This document shows, piece by piece, positions 1-11,329 of a stretch of 64,000 nucleotides of DNA (position 1 is the stretch's first letter; every line of letters begins with the position of its first letter). The DNA comes from Leucoraja ocellata (lineage: Eukaryota): contig JAWMAR010000302.1 in assembly GCA_036785375.1 (NCBI GenBank), positions 1,550,001 through 1,614,000 of the forward strand. Reading direction: 5' to 3'. Made by a program: the position numbers and the translations under genes. The notes beneath the pieces were generated by a model that saw only the letters and a list, made by a program, of their open reading frames with translations, did not search any database and had not been told where the DNA came from.

Positions 1-1084
1 ATGGCTGGCAGACAGGAAGAAAAGTGTAGGAGTAAACGGGTCCTTTTCAGAATGGCAGGCAGTGACTGGTGGGGTACCGCAAGGCTCAGTGCTGGAATCC
101 CAGCTATTTACAATATATATTAATGATTTGGACGAGGGAATTGAATGCAACATCTCCTAGTTTGCGGATGACACGAAGCTGGGGGGCAGTGTTAGCTGTG
201 AGGAGGATGCTAGGAGGCTGCAAGGTGACTTGGATAGTGGACAAATGCATGGCAGATGCAGTATAATGTGGATACATGTGAGGTTATCCACTTTGGTGGC
301 AAGAACAGGAAAGTAGACTATTATCTGAATTGTGGCCGATTAGGAAAAGGGGAGTTGCAAAGAGACCTGTGTGTCATGGTACATCAGTCATTGAAATTAG
401 GCATGCAGGTGCAGCAGGCAGTGAAGAAAGCAAATGGTATGTTAGCATTCATAGCAAAAGGATTTGAGTATAGGAGCAGGTAGGTTTTACTGCAGTTGTA
501 CAGGGCCTTGGTGAGACCACACCTGGAATATTGTGTACAATTTTGGTATCCTAATCTGAGGAAACACATTCTTGCCATAGAGGGAGTACAGAGAAGGTTC
601 ACAAGACTGATTCCTGGGATGGCAGGACTTTCATATGAAGAAAGATTGGATAGACTCGGCTTGTATTCGCTAGAATTTAGAAGATTGGGTGGGGATCTTA
701 TAGAAACGTACAAAATTCTTAAGGAGTTGGACAGGCTAGATGCAGGAAGATTGTTACCGATGTTGGGGAAGTCCAGAACAAAGGGTCACAGTTTAAGGAT
801 AAGTGGGAAGTCTTTTAGGACCGAGATGATTAAAAAAAAATTCCCACAGAGTGGTGAATCTGTGTAATTCTCTGCCACAGAAGATAGTTGAGGCCAGTTC
901 ATTGGCTATATTTAAGAGTGAGTTAGATGTGGCCCTTGTGGCTAAAAGGATCAGGGGGTATGGAGAGATGGCAGGCACAGGACACTGAGTTGGATGATCA
1001 ACCATGGTCATATTGAATGGCGGTGCAGGCTCAAAGGGCCGAATGGCCTACACCTGCACCTATTTTCTATGTTTCTATGTTTCT
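1..1084 (+). mobile_element. CR1-clade LINE, 3' part (RT C-terminus and 3' UTR), degenerate
   Basis: ORF fragments 'MQYNVDTCEVIHFG' and 'LVRPHLEYCVQFW...EGVQRRFTRLIPG'; terminal stem-loop ggtgcagg...cctgcacc; (tttctatg)n tail at ~1064-1084. Confidence 0.95.
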
Positions 1085-1543
1085 AATATGAAAATGATTT
1101 AGGTACTGTGAAACTTTGAAACACTTTGGGTTCTTTCAGAGCTGTGCACAGTGTTAAGGCCATCCGCTAACTGACTTGTTCAAGAAAACTCACCATTGAT
1201 CTTTGAGATATTTTATTTGGTGCTTGTTCTTATCTGAGCTGGGCCCTAAGTAAAGCAAGATTCAGGGTACAGGTTTTACACAAAATTCCCTCCTTCAGTC
1301 AAGTTGAGGGACCTATAATCAAATCAGTGTACAATCGTGGCAAAAGTAACACAACCATGTTTCCTTTCATTTTTATATGATTTTTGTACAGTTAGATTAT
1401 ATTAATGATGTAAGTGAAGGAAGGGTTGCAAAAGCCATTGGTACCGTAACTGTGCATATCACCAATGCAGTGCTGTCAAGTTCCTCTTTTGTTAATGTAA
1501 AATAACCTCTTCTCTTCATCAATCATCTTTTGTACCAATGCAG

Positions 1544-1603
1544 GCTATCTTTCCAAATACATATGAACCTAGGCCTGTTTTTTCACGTTTTGTTTGTAAT
1601 ACA
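1544..1603 (+). CDS. Candidate internal exon (60 nt) of an unidentified host gene
   Basis: Pyrimidine-rich stretch plus cag| acceptor; strong |gtgagt donor; open in two frames (AIFPNTYEPRPVFSRFVCNT or LSFQIHMNLGLFFHVLFVI); lies in non-repeat DNA; protein not recognised. Confidence 0.4.
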
Positions 1604-2552
1604 GTGAGTAGACCTTTACAAAGTTCCACAAGTTTGGTCCAACTAAGATTCAACATCACTGAAAGGCACAGCTGGACTCTTCTTCGCAAACCAGGAAAAA
1701 GACTGCAAGTCTTTAATAAAGCCAGAGGACTCAGAGGAAATGCTCGCTATATGGAGGGAAATATAGAGTTAAGCATTCTGGGCATTATCTCCTCATTGAA
1801 ACTGGTAAGATTTAGGAATACGTTTCTTTTAAAATAGCAAAAAAAGGGGAAAGTGAGAACAAAAAGTAAAGTCTGCAAAAAAATATATAGTGACAGGCAG
1901 AAGAAGATTGTAATGTCAACAATAAACAAAATAAATGGATGAAATGATACGTGTAATAGAGATACGTGTGAACATTACCTGAAATTGTGAAAACAACATT
2001 GGGCCACAAAGAATAAACTTACCGATTTTCAATTCTGTTTTTCTAGAAACACATTCATCTGTATGGTTGTTTTTTTTGTACTTTCATTTACCTGCGTTGT
2101 GAAACCACACTCCCAGAGATGCTCTGCACCACATCTAGATTCATATTTTCTATTAAATATTTGGTCCCGTTATTAGTTTTTTCTAAACTATCTTAATCTG
2201 TGTGGTCAAGGGGGACTCCCTTTTGAAATCCATGTTTTCCACTGGTAATATATTATTGTGTATATATTTTTTTAAAATAGTATTATGTTAAAATATTATA
2301 TTTCTGTTGATTTTAATATTCCTTGCAAATTTATTTTCATTCTCCTTTTTCATTGCTCTTGCTATCTGTTTTGTTTCAGTAGCCAGAACTTGTAGGGTTT
2401 CCCTTTGTAATTTATTGTAGTTTTGTATTTTCCCATAGAACTTTGGTCATTATGACCTTTGGTTGACACATATTTTTCTTGTACCCTTGGGAGTGTTAAT
2501 TTGTTCTGTATCTCCAAGTGACAAGAGATCACAAGGGCACTGTTCTATGGAT

Positions 2553-2690
2553 AGTCAAGTCAAGTCAAGTCACATTTATTTATATAGCACATTTAAAAAT
2601 CAACTCTCATTGGCCAAAGTGCTTTACATTTGTTATAAGAATAATATAAACAAACAAACTACATACATATATACAGTGGACGTCAGGAAA
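2553..2690 (-). mobile_element. Short 3' end of an L2-type LINE with (ttgac)n tail
   Basis: Minus strand reads aagcactttggccaatgagagttgatttttaaatgtgctatataaataaatgtgacttgacttgacttgac. Confidence 0.6.
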
Positions 2691-2962
2691 GGCTTGGGAG
2701 TATAGATAAGTTGCCTGCCTCATGGATAACGTCCCTGCATCAGATGTTGAAGTCACACTTAACTGAATCTAGCCACCATACATTTATGTTACAAATTGTA
2801 TGTTGAACAATCACCGTATCATCATAACGGCTGGCCAATAAAATATAACACGTTGTTAAGCTTTTAACTAAATCTGGTCTTTAATTATCGATTAAACAAT
2901 CAGAATTCACTCACAAACAACACTACTTTGCTGATCATTGCCTTGATTATCCAAACCTAATT

Positions 2963-3280
2963 AGGGTGGCACGGTGGCGCAGAGGCAGAACTGCTGTCTT
3001 GCAGCACTTGCAGCACCGGTGACCCGGTTTCGATCCCGACTATGGGTGCTCTCTGTGCAGAGTTTGTACGTTCTCCCCATGTCTGTGTGAGTTTTTTTGA
3101 AGATCTTCAGTTTCCTCCCACACACCAAAGACCCACAGGTATGTGTTGGCATGATATGAGTGTAAATTATCCTTAGTATGTGTAGGATAGTATTAAATGT
3201 GCAGGGATCTCTGGTCGGTGCGGACTCGATGTGCCAAAGGGCCTGTTTCCACACTGTTTCTCTAAACCAAACTAAACTAA
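2963..3280 (+). mobile_element. tRNA-derived SINE (HE1/V-SINE-like)
   Basis: A-box-like ggtggcgcag, B-box-like ggtttcgatccc, central gagtttgtacgttctcccc...tttcctcccacac, CR1-like 3' end, (aaact)n tail. Confidence 0.85.
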
Positions 3281-3939
3281 AAGTTAAAGGTCCCTATTAT
3301 AAGTACTTTTCCTTTGCAAGCTGATACATTTACACAATCTGCCAAATCAGTTACTGTTAGAAGGCTTATATGCAACTCACACAACTGACTGTATCTTTTT
3401 CTGTATTTTATTTCTTCCTATAAAGTCTCCACTGTCTGATTTCATGTCATTGTATTAACTCCTATCATCAAAATGATTTAATTCATCATCACCAAGTTTC
3501 GAATTCTCCCTCTACCCAATCTTTATTATGTCCTATATAAAATGATGTCCATCATTTGACAAGCAATTACCAATCCTGATAGTCTCACAGCCAAGTCTAA
3601 ATATTGGCTAATATATAATGTACTCAAAGGTGAATTTGTGCCTGATGCATTTATTTCCTTTATATATATACTGTTATTGCTTATCCCAAATTGCCCCTGA
3701 ATGAAAGGCAAGAAGAGCCAACTACAGCACTCATTCATAGTGGTCAATTTTTGTTTTCTATTACTGAGAATATCCGTTCAAGAAATAATATACAGATTTA
3801 TTTAATAATTTAAAATTCAATTCCCCAGTTACTATGATGGGATTTGAAATTATGTAATTGGATCAGTGGCGTAGAACTCAGCAATATTATCTGCCCCTCT
3901 TATTATGTCGTCATTCTCCAGGCAATTTCATTTCTATTT

Positions 3940-4071
3940 AAGAAGGGCTGCAAAGAAGAACTTGGAGGCCAGTAAATGACCAGTAAACCTAACATCCATG
4001 GAAGGAATGTTCCTGGAGGGGATTCTGAGATATAAGATATACATGCATTTTATAAGACATGGGTTGATTAG
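3940..4071 (+). mobile_element. Old CR1 fragment, left part (continues at 19274)
   Basis: gggttgattag joins ggatagtcagcatggtttt at 19279 to give the CR1 RT motif 'GLIRDSQHGF'. Confidence 0.85.
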
Positions 4072-4269
4072 TGTTGTGATCCTGCTGTTTAAATAACTGA
4101 AGTCTTACACAGTGATAAAGGTCCAAAGACATTATTAACGTTACAGCACCGTTAACTTAATACTGGCATGTTTCTCTAAGAGTGTGGGAACAAGGTAGGG
4201 TGGCTTACTATTAATCTATTGGGCTTGGCTACGAAGTATGACTCATAACATGAGTGACACAGATCTACA
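4072..4269 (-). repeat. 3' LTR of Gypsy A (198 bp)
   Basis: Minus strand tgtagatctgtgtcactcatg...atcacaaca; similar to 19186-19273; preceded on the minus strand by tttctttaagagggagga. Confidence 0.88.
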
Positions 4270-4317
4270 TCCTCCCTCTTAAAGAAATAACATCTTTAAC
4301 AATTAACAAGAATTAAC

Positions 4318-5580
4318 TTAAAGGATTTCCTCCCATCTGCCTTTTAGAATTATTAGGCCAAGTTCATCTTCCCAAGCTCTTTTAATTACTTCTGACAATG
4401 GGATTTCTATATTTAAAAGGGTGTTATACAGATATGATATTAACTTGTTTGACTCCGAGTTTCTATTCATACATTCGTCTAGTATGTCTGGCAACAAAGA
4501 TTGATAGTCTTGGGTATATGATTTCAGGTAGTCTCGAAATTGAAGATATCTAAAATATTGACTACCTTTCAAGTGATATTTCGACTGTAATTCTTGAAAT
4601 GAGAGAAGAGTTCCCATCTCATAAAGAACTCCAAGTTTTTTAATTCCTAATCTTTCCCAGTGTGCGAATGTCTTGTCTAATATAGATGGCTTGAACAAAG
4701 GGTTGTTGGCAATTGGTGAGAGAAGAGATAAATTTGTCAGTTTAAGGGTTGACGTCACTTGTTTCCAGATTCGTAGGGTACTGTGGATAATCAGATTTTT
4801 TTCATATAGTGTTTTCTTCAAATTTATTGGAGAGAGAAGAATTGCGCCTATATTAAAAGGCGAACAACCTTCTCTCTCCATTATTAACCATTTTACCTGT
4901 TGGCATGTGTTGTCCATCCAATAGATTATGTTTTTAATATTCGTTGCCCAGAAATAGTACAAAAAATTGGGGACAGCCAATCTGCCAATTTCTTTGGGTT
5001 TACATAGATGTCGTTTATGGATTCTGTGTGTTTTATAATCCCAAATAAAGTTTGTGATCAGAGAATCAAGTTTTTTTTTAATTTTAGGAAGATAAATCGG
5101 TATTGATTGAAATAAGTACAGGATTTGTGTAAGGAAGATCATCTTTATGGCATTTATTCTGCCTATGAGAGACATCGGAAGCATTTTCCAAAATTGAGTA
5201 AGGGCATTTAGTTTGGTAATTAATGGAGGAAAGTTTGCTTGAAATAGAGAAGTGTGTTTTCCAGTTACGTGAACTCCAAGATATTTATTTTTTTCCGTAG
5301 CAATTCTAACAGGAAATTTTAGAAGATGTGTCGGATCTTGAGGATTTATTGACATAATTTCACTTTTGTTCCAGTTTATTCTATATCCTGAAAAGGAACC
5401 ACATTCCTCTATAGGTTTTAGTATGTTTGGAATGCTAACTTGGGAATTGGTGTTATAAAGTAATACATCATCTGCATATAATGATATTTTATTGTTAGAA
5501 TATTTAGTATTATAGCCATGAATATTCGGATGTACTCTTATACTTTCTGCTAAAGGTTTAATCGCAAGGACAAATAACAG
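4318..5580 (-). mobile_element. Internal fragment of L1-clade ORF2 (RT C-terminal half and downstream region)
   Basis: ORF 4318..5661: 'LFVLAIKPLAESIR...KISLYADDVLLY...FSGYRINWNKS...KYLGV...GRINAIKMIFL'; no poly(A) tail seen. Confidence 0.9.
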
Positions 5581-5745
5581 GGTTATAACGGCGAAAAAAC
5601 AAATACTTAAATTTTGGAAACATACATCAGTCCCTACTCTTAAGATGTGGATTGCAAACATGTCCGAGATTCTACATCTTGTAAATATCAGACTTGTCTT
5701 GGCAGGAAAACCAGATCATTTTTCCTAGAGATGGACACCCTTTAC

Positions 5746-6607
5746 TAGGTATGTTACAAAACCTACCTGAATCGTCATTGGGAATCTGCCCTCAGCCATG
5801 TCCGCGATTTTGGCGCTGTTTGGAGGGGGCGGGTTTAAAACGCGATTTTTACTAGGCTGTACTAATCGCAGATGTTCAGCCTAGTAAATCATTAACGGAA
5901 AATCGCTGCAAGACCCGGTCGCAAAAGGTATTATTAGTTTTATAGGCCTCGATAATATAGTTCTAATAGTTTTTAAATTACTGTCTCATTCCGCAACCTC
6001 TCGCAGCCCAAGGGTTTTATAAAGCAAACAATTAAAGGTATGTACCTTATTTTTACATTAAATGGGGCATATATATAACCCTGAATATCAAGTTATCTAT
6101 AGCGAGTAGTTCATTTTGGGCTTTTTATATCCCGCAGTATTTTTCTCGGCATTTGAGGGCACTAATCCAGCGCGATGTCAACGTTCTAAACCAGCGCGTT
6201 CACAGAAACCCACTAGAAAGCTGATTTAAATGGGCATTTATTTACAGCAATTGAACACTAAATTCCTTCCATTTGGCCTATAAATTAATGTAAATTAGAT
6301 ATAAAAATCATGTTATATTGTGAATTATTTGTGAATAATCTTTGGACACTTAGGCTATTTAAAAATGTTAATCTTTCCTTAAGAAATGGGCTTTTGACCA
6401 TCCAAGATCACAGCTTTTTTGTAATGTCCATTGAAAATCAATAGGGAACAAGATGCTAATTTCCGAGAATGAAAATGGCCATAACTTTTTTAATACTTGA
6501 GATATGAAAGTGAATTTGGTGTCAAATTAAACTTATTGTTATGCTTTATCTGATGGGATAAATTGCAGACTTGATTTTTAAAATCTCAAAATTTTGTAAC
6601 ATTGCTA
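5746..6607. mobile_element. Non-autonomous DNA transposon (MITE), TAG...CTA ends; hAT- or P-like
   Basis: Terminal inverted repeats taggtatgttacaaaa / ttttgtaacattgcta (14 of 16 match); direct repeat cctttac on both flanks; no ORF. Confidence 0.75.
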
Positions 6608-6699
6608 CCTTTACCGATTACTGACAAGGATAGTATGGTGCATCACAACTTGATAGCAATTGATAATAAACTGGAGGCAAGTTAAACATAGTCGGGTAC

Positions 6700-8220
6700 T
6701 TCATAACCTGCTTGCAAACACGACCAGCACGTGTGCGATAAAGACCATCTCCGTTCTTTCCCCCGGGGACAGAGCAGGTAGCTTCACAGGTGAGGGAGAA
6801 TGAACCAGCATTCCCGGAGATGAAAGAGGAGACTGTGGCACAGGCGACGTCGCCATTGGCAAACCAGCCGTTGAAAAAGTGGGTTGTTGTGCTGGAATAG
6901 GCAGAGGAGTGCCACTAGACACAGACGGAAGTGCACTTGTACGGTCTGGAAAATACAGAGGTGGAACTGGCTTATTCACTTGCAGGATATGTTGTCTGTT
7001 ATGCCCGTAGGTGCCGCCATCGACACTGACCAGATACGAGTATGGCTCAGAAGCAGCTCCAGAAATCACACCAATACGGTCATGGCCTTTGTCAATCTGC
7101 AAACAAACTACCTGCCCCTTGGTCAGTGGTGGCAGTGGCCTACTTGTTTTGTCATACCATTGTTTTTGAATGTCACGTTTTTGTTGTAACCTGGACTGAA
7201 CCTCCTCAGGCGGAACCACTTGCGGAATCAATGTCTGATCTGCCACAGGCACCGTGGCACGGGTCTGCTTTGACAATAAACGTTGAGCAGGTGAACCCAA
7301 AATGGGTTCGCGGGAGATGTTGCATGTTGGGTAGACCCAGGAACAAGTCAGAATTAGCTCTGTACAAGCATTCCATGAGCTGTTTGGCACTCTTGACGGC
7401 CCGCTCAGCCAGTCCATTCGACTGTCGATATTCAGGGTTGCTGGTCATGTGTTAAAAATCCCAGCATGTAGTAAACTCCCTGAAGTGTTGTCTGGTGAAT
7501 TGAATGCAGTTATCAGTTAACAGTCTATCCGGTGATCGGTGGACTGAAAAATGGCGAGATAACATCGAAACTACCCCGCGAGAAGTGGGGCTTCTGAGAA
7601 AATCAATGTCAAACCGTCCCAAATATGAAACGATGAATACCAGGTACTGCTTGCCATGCCACTCAAATATGTCAGCTGTAACTGTAGACCATGGGAGTGC
7701 AGGATCCAGATGTGAAATAAGTGGTTGCTTTTGTTGGTGAGGTGCCAATCTGTTGCAGACTGCACAGGACGCCACATTCTCGGTGATGTATTCGGCCATG
7801 CCATGCGAGTAAAACATGTTTCTTACCCATAGGATGATAACTTCAGTGCCTGGTGCCCTGCGTTGACAGTGTTAAAATACCTGCTGTGCAGCGAAGCAGG
7901 GACCACAGCCTTGAGTCCTTTTAAAACAATGCCAACCTGCAGCACTAGCTCATCATGGATGGCAAAGAAAGGCCAAAATGGCAGCGGAACGTTGTAATGT
8001 TTGTCTGGCCAGCTGATGACGGAGGTAAGTGACCATAGAATACTGTCAGCAGCAGTGTGGGCAAACAAATCCTCCATACAGGACGAGGGGATAAAAGACA
8101 CAGTCATTACAATAAATTCTTCATCCGGCAAGGGCGGATTCTCGCAGGTCTTTTGGGGTGCACACGAGAGAGTGTCAGCCAGGTGTATATCCTTACCGCG
8201 TTTGTAGATCAGTTCAATGT
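6700..8220 (-). pseudogene. Gypsy A pol remnant (RNase H end and integrase)
   Basis: 'YDIELIYKRGKDIHLADTLS', 'CAVCNRL', 'PWSTVTADIFEW', 'TSNPEYRQSNGLAERAVK'; frameshifted. Confidence 0.92.
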
Positions 8221-8541
8221 CATAGAAACATAGAAACATAGAAAATAGGTTCAGGAGTAGGCCATTTGGCCCTTCGAGCCTGCACCGCCGTTCGATATGA
8301 TCATGGCTGATCATCCAACTCAGTATCCCATCCCTGCCTTCTCGCCATACCCCCTGATCCCTTTAGCCACAAGGGCTACACCTAACTCCTTCTTAAATTT
8401 AGCAAATGAACTGGCCTCAACAACCTTCTGTGGCAGAGAATTCCACAGATTCACCACTCTCTGTGTAAAAAATTATTTTCTCATCTTGGTCCTAAAAGAC
8501 TTCCCTCTTATACTTAAATTGTGACCCCTAGTTCTTGACTT

Positions 8542-8755
8542 GTTTGTTTGATTTATTCATGATTTATACATATATCATGAACAAATTAATTTGTTCATGA
8601 TATATGTATTTTTATTTCTATTTACTTGTTGTTATTTGTACTGCACACTGAACGGACACTGGTTGAGCAACGTTTTTTTGTTTCCTCTGGGTATGTGAGT
8701 ACTCAGGAAATAACAATAAAGATATACTGATACTGATACTGACTGATACTGACTT
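8542..8755 (+). mobile_element. Short 5'-truncated non-LTR 3' end with (gatact)n tail, inserted in the CR1
   Basis: aataaa followed by (gatact)n; tgactt at both junctions; CR1 sequence resumes on each side. Confidence 0.7.
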
Positions 8756-10451
8756 CACCAACATCGGGAATAATCTTCCTGCATCTAGCCTGTCCAACCC
8801 CTTAAAATGTTTATAAGTTTCTATAAGATCCCCCCTCAATCTTCTAAATTCTAGCGTGTACAAGCCGAGTCTATCCAGTCTTTTTTCATATGAAAGTCCT
8901 GCCATCCCAGGAATCAGTCTGGTGAACCTTCTCTGTACTCCCTCTATGGCAAGAATGTCTTTAATCAGATTAGGAGACCAAAACTGTATGCAATACTCCA
9001 GGTGTGGTCTCACCAAGACCCCGTACAACTGCAGTAAAACCTCCCTGCTCCTATTTCTACTTCAATGACTGGTGTACCATGACACACAGGGCTTGTTGCA
9101 TCTCCCATTTTCCTAATGGTTGGCACCATTCAGATAATAGTTTACTTTCCTGTTTTTGCCACCAAAGTGGATAACCTCACATTTATCCACATTATACTGC
9201 ATCCGCCATGCATTTGCCAACTAACCCAACCTATCCATGTCACCTTGCAGCCTCCTAGCATCCTCTTCACAGCTAACACTGCCCCCCAGCTTCGTGGCAT
9301 CCGCAAACTTGGAGATGTTACATTCAATTCCCTCATCCAGATCATTAATATATATTGTAAATAGCTGGGTTCCCAGCACTGAGCCTTGCGGTACCCCACT
9401 AGTCACTGCCTGCCATTCTGAAAAGGAATTGTTTACTCCTACTCTTTGCTTCCTGTCTGCCAGCCATTTCTCTATCCACATCAATACTGAACCTCCAATA
9501 CCGTGTGTTTTAAGTTTGTATACTAATCTCTTATGTGGGACCTTGTCGAAAGCCTTCTGAAAGTCCAGATATAACACATCCACTGGTTGTCCCTCATCCA
9601 CTCTACTAGTTACATCCTCGAAAAATTCCATCAGATTCGCCAGACATGATTTACCTTTCATAAATCCATGCTGACTTTGTCCAATGAATTCACCACTTTC
9701 AAAATGTGCTGCTATCCTGTAGATGATACATGCATGTGACCCTTAATATCATTACCTCATCACTACTAACCACTCCCCATATCCTCGCATGCCACGGTCT
9801 CTACCCTCCCAGCTACCTCCGCCCGATCCTCCTCCAGTTCTCCCTCCCTCGCCTGCCCGCACGCAGTCCACTGCGAGCGCCACATCCCCTCATGCCCTTC
9901 TGCCCTTCTGCCCTTCTGCCCTTGTCTTCTCCGTCCCCTCCCGGCTCACCTGTTCCTGTTCGGCCGTCTGCACCTGTTGCCGTACTGCCTCCACTTGTTC
10001 CTGCAGGGAGGGGAGATGGCGAGATGCGAACCCGGTCGGGACGTGTTGTCAAGCCGCCTGTCCGCTATGGCGATTTTGCTTAATCATTTCTAGCGCATGA
10101 GACGTGGTCGCCCTGTCACTACCTTGTTTGTCTTTCATTTCCAAAGGGAAGGATGTAGATGATACATGCATGTGACCCTTAATATAGTTACCTCATTACT
10201 ACTAACCACTCCCCATATCACAAGTATAATTACAACCTCCCCACCCACATATCTCTCTCTAGTTTCCATGACAGACCACGTACAGCTAGTGCTCTCTGTA
10301 ATGCCACAATATGAATAAAAGAAGTAAAGTCACAGTGTGTTGATAACACTTCTTTACATGGTGTCAAACCTCCTACCCTTGCGCCTCATGTTTATCGGTT
10401 GTTTCTTTAATTTTGCCCCAGTTTTCTGTTACCCCCTCTTTTTTCCTCGTT

Positions 10452-11200
10452 ATGGCCACTTCTTGCCGCAAACCCGATGTGCTTGTTTTCGATGCAGACA
10501 TTGCCCATCGATGGGATGTCTTTAGACGTGACTTCGACCACTATGTCACCATCGCTCATCCTGCCGCTACTCCTTCCGTCCAAGCTTCTCTGCTCCTTAA
10601 CCTGGCTGGTCCCGATGACCTGGCTCAGTCAGACTTCTTTGTTTACACTGTGGGTGAATCTGTTCGGGACCCGGTATGTTTATTGGCTAAGTTTACCGCG
10701 ATTTGCGACAATCCGACTAATTGCATTTTAGAATGTTTCAAACTGTTCGGGCGGCGTCAGCGCCCTGGTGAATCTGCTGAGAACTATGTTGCTGCTCTGC
10801 GACACCTGACCAGACGGTGCCGTCTTGAGACGCTTACCCCCGAGGAGCTGACCAGGGACCTTCTGGTTTACGGTCTCCGCGATGAAAAGCTAAGGGCTGA
10901 ACTTTTGCGCAAGCCCGACCTGTCTTTTAACGAGGCTATGCATGCCTGCCGCTTAGCTGAAGTCGTTACTTCTGCAGTGATCAGGACATTAACTTTGCCA
11001 GCGTTACCCACCCTTGGCAGAACCCTACCCCGCCACGACCCCCGAGGTCCGGCACTGCTCCCGGGGGATGTACCCAGCTAAGGTGCCCCAATTGTAACTT
11101 TGCCACTCATCAGTACAATGGATGCCCTGCGTTGGGCAAAACGTGCAATTACTGCAAGAAACTAAACCATTTTTCTGCTGCCAGCCGTTCCCGTGGGAAG
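10452..11200 (+). pseudogene. Gypsy B gag, frameshifted
   Basis: 'MATSCRKPDVLVFDADIAHRW...RRQRPGESAENYVAALRHL...RDLLVYGL'; zinc-knuckle remnant 'CNYCKKLNHF'. Confidence 0.9.
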
Positions 11201-11329
11201 CCTCCTGCTGCTCCAAGGCGTATGTTAAACAACTTGGAGCAAACTGATAGTGAGCTCGGTTCCCAGTACCATCTCAACAAACTCCCTGTGTCTGAATCTG
11301 GGTCCTCTCAGGGGGAGACCAGCGTTTTT

